DNA of 35,286 bases from Deltaproteobacteria bacterium (GTDB lineage Bacteria; Desulfobacterota; DSM-4660; Desulfatiglandales; B25-G16). Each line of letters starts with the position of its first letter. The first letter of the stretch is position 1. The stretch lies in assembly GCA_020355085.1 (NCBI GenBank), contig CP070657.1, positions 1,166,615 through 1,201,900 of the forward strand, given 5' to 3'. Positions 34,583-35,286 of this stretch are shown here, piece after piece. Below the pieces are notes generated by a model that did no database searches, had not been told where the DNA came from, and was given only the letters and a program-made list of their open reading frames with translations. Both the position numbers and the translations under genes were made by a program.

Positions 34583-35158
34583 ATGAAAGCCGTGGCATTT
34601 AATGGCAGTGCCCGCAAAGACGGCAATACAGCCATTCTGGTCAATTACGTGTTAGATGAGCTCAGAAAGGAAGGTATTGAAACCGAGCTGGTGCAGCTTG
34701 CCGGCAAAAAGATACGGGGGTGTGCTGCTTGCTACAAGTGTTTTGATAACAAAGATCAGCGCTGCTCAGTAAAGGACGACGTGGCCAATGAATGTATCGA
34801 GAAAATGATAGAGGCCCAGGGCATAATCATGGCCTCGCCAACCTATTTCGCCGACGTTACGGCGGAAATGAAGGCCCTGATCGACCGGTCGGGTTTCGTA
34901 TCCAGGGCAAGTGGAGATATGCTTAAGCGCAAGGTCGGTGCTGCAGTTGTCGCCGTTCGTCGGGCAGGGAGTATCCACGCCTACGACTCAATTAACCACT
35001 TTTTCCTTATTGCTCAGATGCTTGTTCCCGGCTCCCGTTATTGGAACATGGGCTTCGGCTTGGATAAGGGAGACGTGGAAGGAGACGAAGAAGGCCTAAA
35101 GATCATGAAGACCCTCGGACAGAATATGGCCTGGCTACTCAAGAAAACCCATGGATAG
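34583..35158 (+). CDS. Flavodoxin-like FMN reductase / iron-sulfur flavoprotein (Isf-like)
   Basis: '[12 protein letters not shown]' is the NADPH-dependent FMN reductase N-terminus. The compact Cys cluster 'CAACYKC...QRC' is typical of Isf. 'SPTYFADV' is also present. Confidence 0.85.
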   Translation: MKAVAFNGSARKDGNTAILVNYVLDELRKEGIETELVQLAGKKIRGCAACYKCFDNKDQRCSVKDDVANECIEKMIEAQGIIMASPTYFADVTAEMKALIDRSGFVSRASGDMLKRKVGAAVVAVRRAGSIHAYDSINHFFLIAQMLVPGSRYWNMGFGLDKGDVEGDEEGLKIMKTLGQNMAWLLKKTHG

Positions 35159-35286
35159 CACTTCACGGCAACCCCATCCGGCCAGGATCGGCTTGCACTT
35201 CCCATGTTCAAACTCTTATGGGTTCTTGCCGGTAACTATGATCAGGTCGAAGACTGAAGGCCAGGTTAATGGCTTGAGAATGGCAT

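Noticed and set aside
35216-35286. Possible 3' end of a minus-strand gene at the right edge ('...LTWPSVFDLIIVTGKNP*')
   Set aside because: Only 22 codons are visible, which is too short to support a call.
1-35286. Search for mobile elements, CRISPR arrays, defence-system genes, rRNA/tRNA genes and large repeats
   Set aside because: I found no transposase, integrase or recombinase motifs and no regularly spaced direct repeats. I recognised no nuclease/ATPase defence architectures and no large duplicated segments by eye. A computational repeat or HMM scan would be needed to be certain.

Overview
This 35.3-kb window is about 52% GC and densely coding, with roughly 38 credible CDS. It looks like chromosomal metabolic and housekeeping DNA from an anaerobic bacterium. 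A Desulfobacterota or Syntrophia-like origin is my inference from gene content: DUF3786, TIGR04076, an Isf-like flavoprotein, an ADP-forming acyl-CoA synthetase alpha subunit, an Fe-S aldo/keto reductase and apparent selenocysteine use. I found no rRNA, tRNA, CRISPR array, transposase, integrase or phage genes. All functional calls come from motifs read in the supplied translations, because no database search was possible. Confident calls include dapF, a J-domain co-chaperone, a Memo-family (AmmeMemoRadiSam B) protein, three MBL-fold hydrolases and two xylose-isomerase-like TIM-barrel proteins. Others are a GT2 glycosyltransferase, a NOX/ferric-reductase-like flavocytochrome, DUF72, an OmpA-family lipoprotein, threonine aldolase and a divergent Glu/Leu/Phe/Val-type dehydrogenase. 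The list also includes a HAD hydrolase, IscU, an IscS-like protein, a penicillin-acylase-family Ntn hydrolase and an Fe-S flavoprotein. The most interesting locus is 25.77-28.04 kb. It contains a signal-peptide-bearing rhodanese whose reading frame is interrupted by an in-frame TGA exactly at the catalytic-Cys position. A hairpin follows the TGA, so this is a candidate selenocysteine recoding event that the ORF track splits. Next come an IscU with a C-terminal zinc-ribbon tail and an IscS-like protein that has lost the PLP-binding Lys but keeps the persulfide Cys loop. Secondary leads are a stand-alone PEP-utilizer swivel domain with His replaced by Arg inside a membrane/GT2/acyltransferase cluster, a bacterial NOX-like enzyme coupled to a small membrane protein, and a host-attachment/baeRF-like protein paired with a Cys-rich miniprotein. 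There are also several unusually long, structured non-coding regions.
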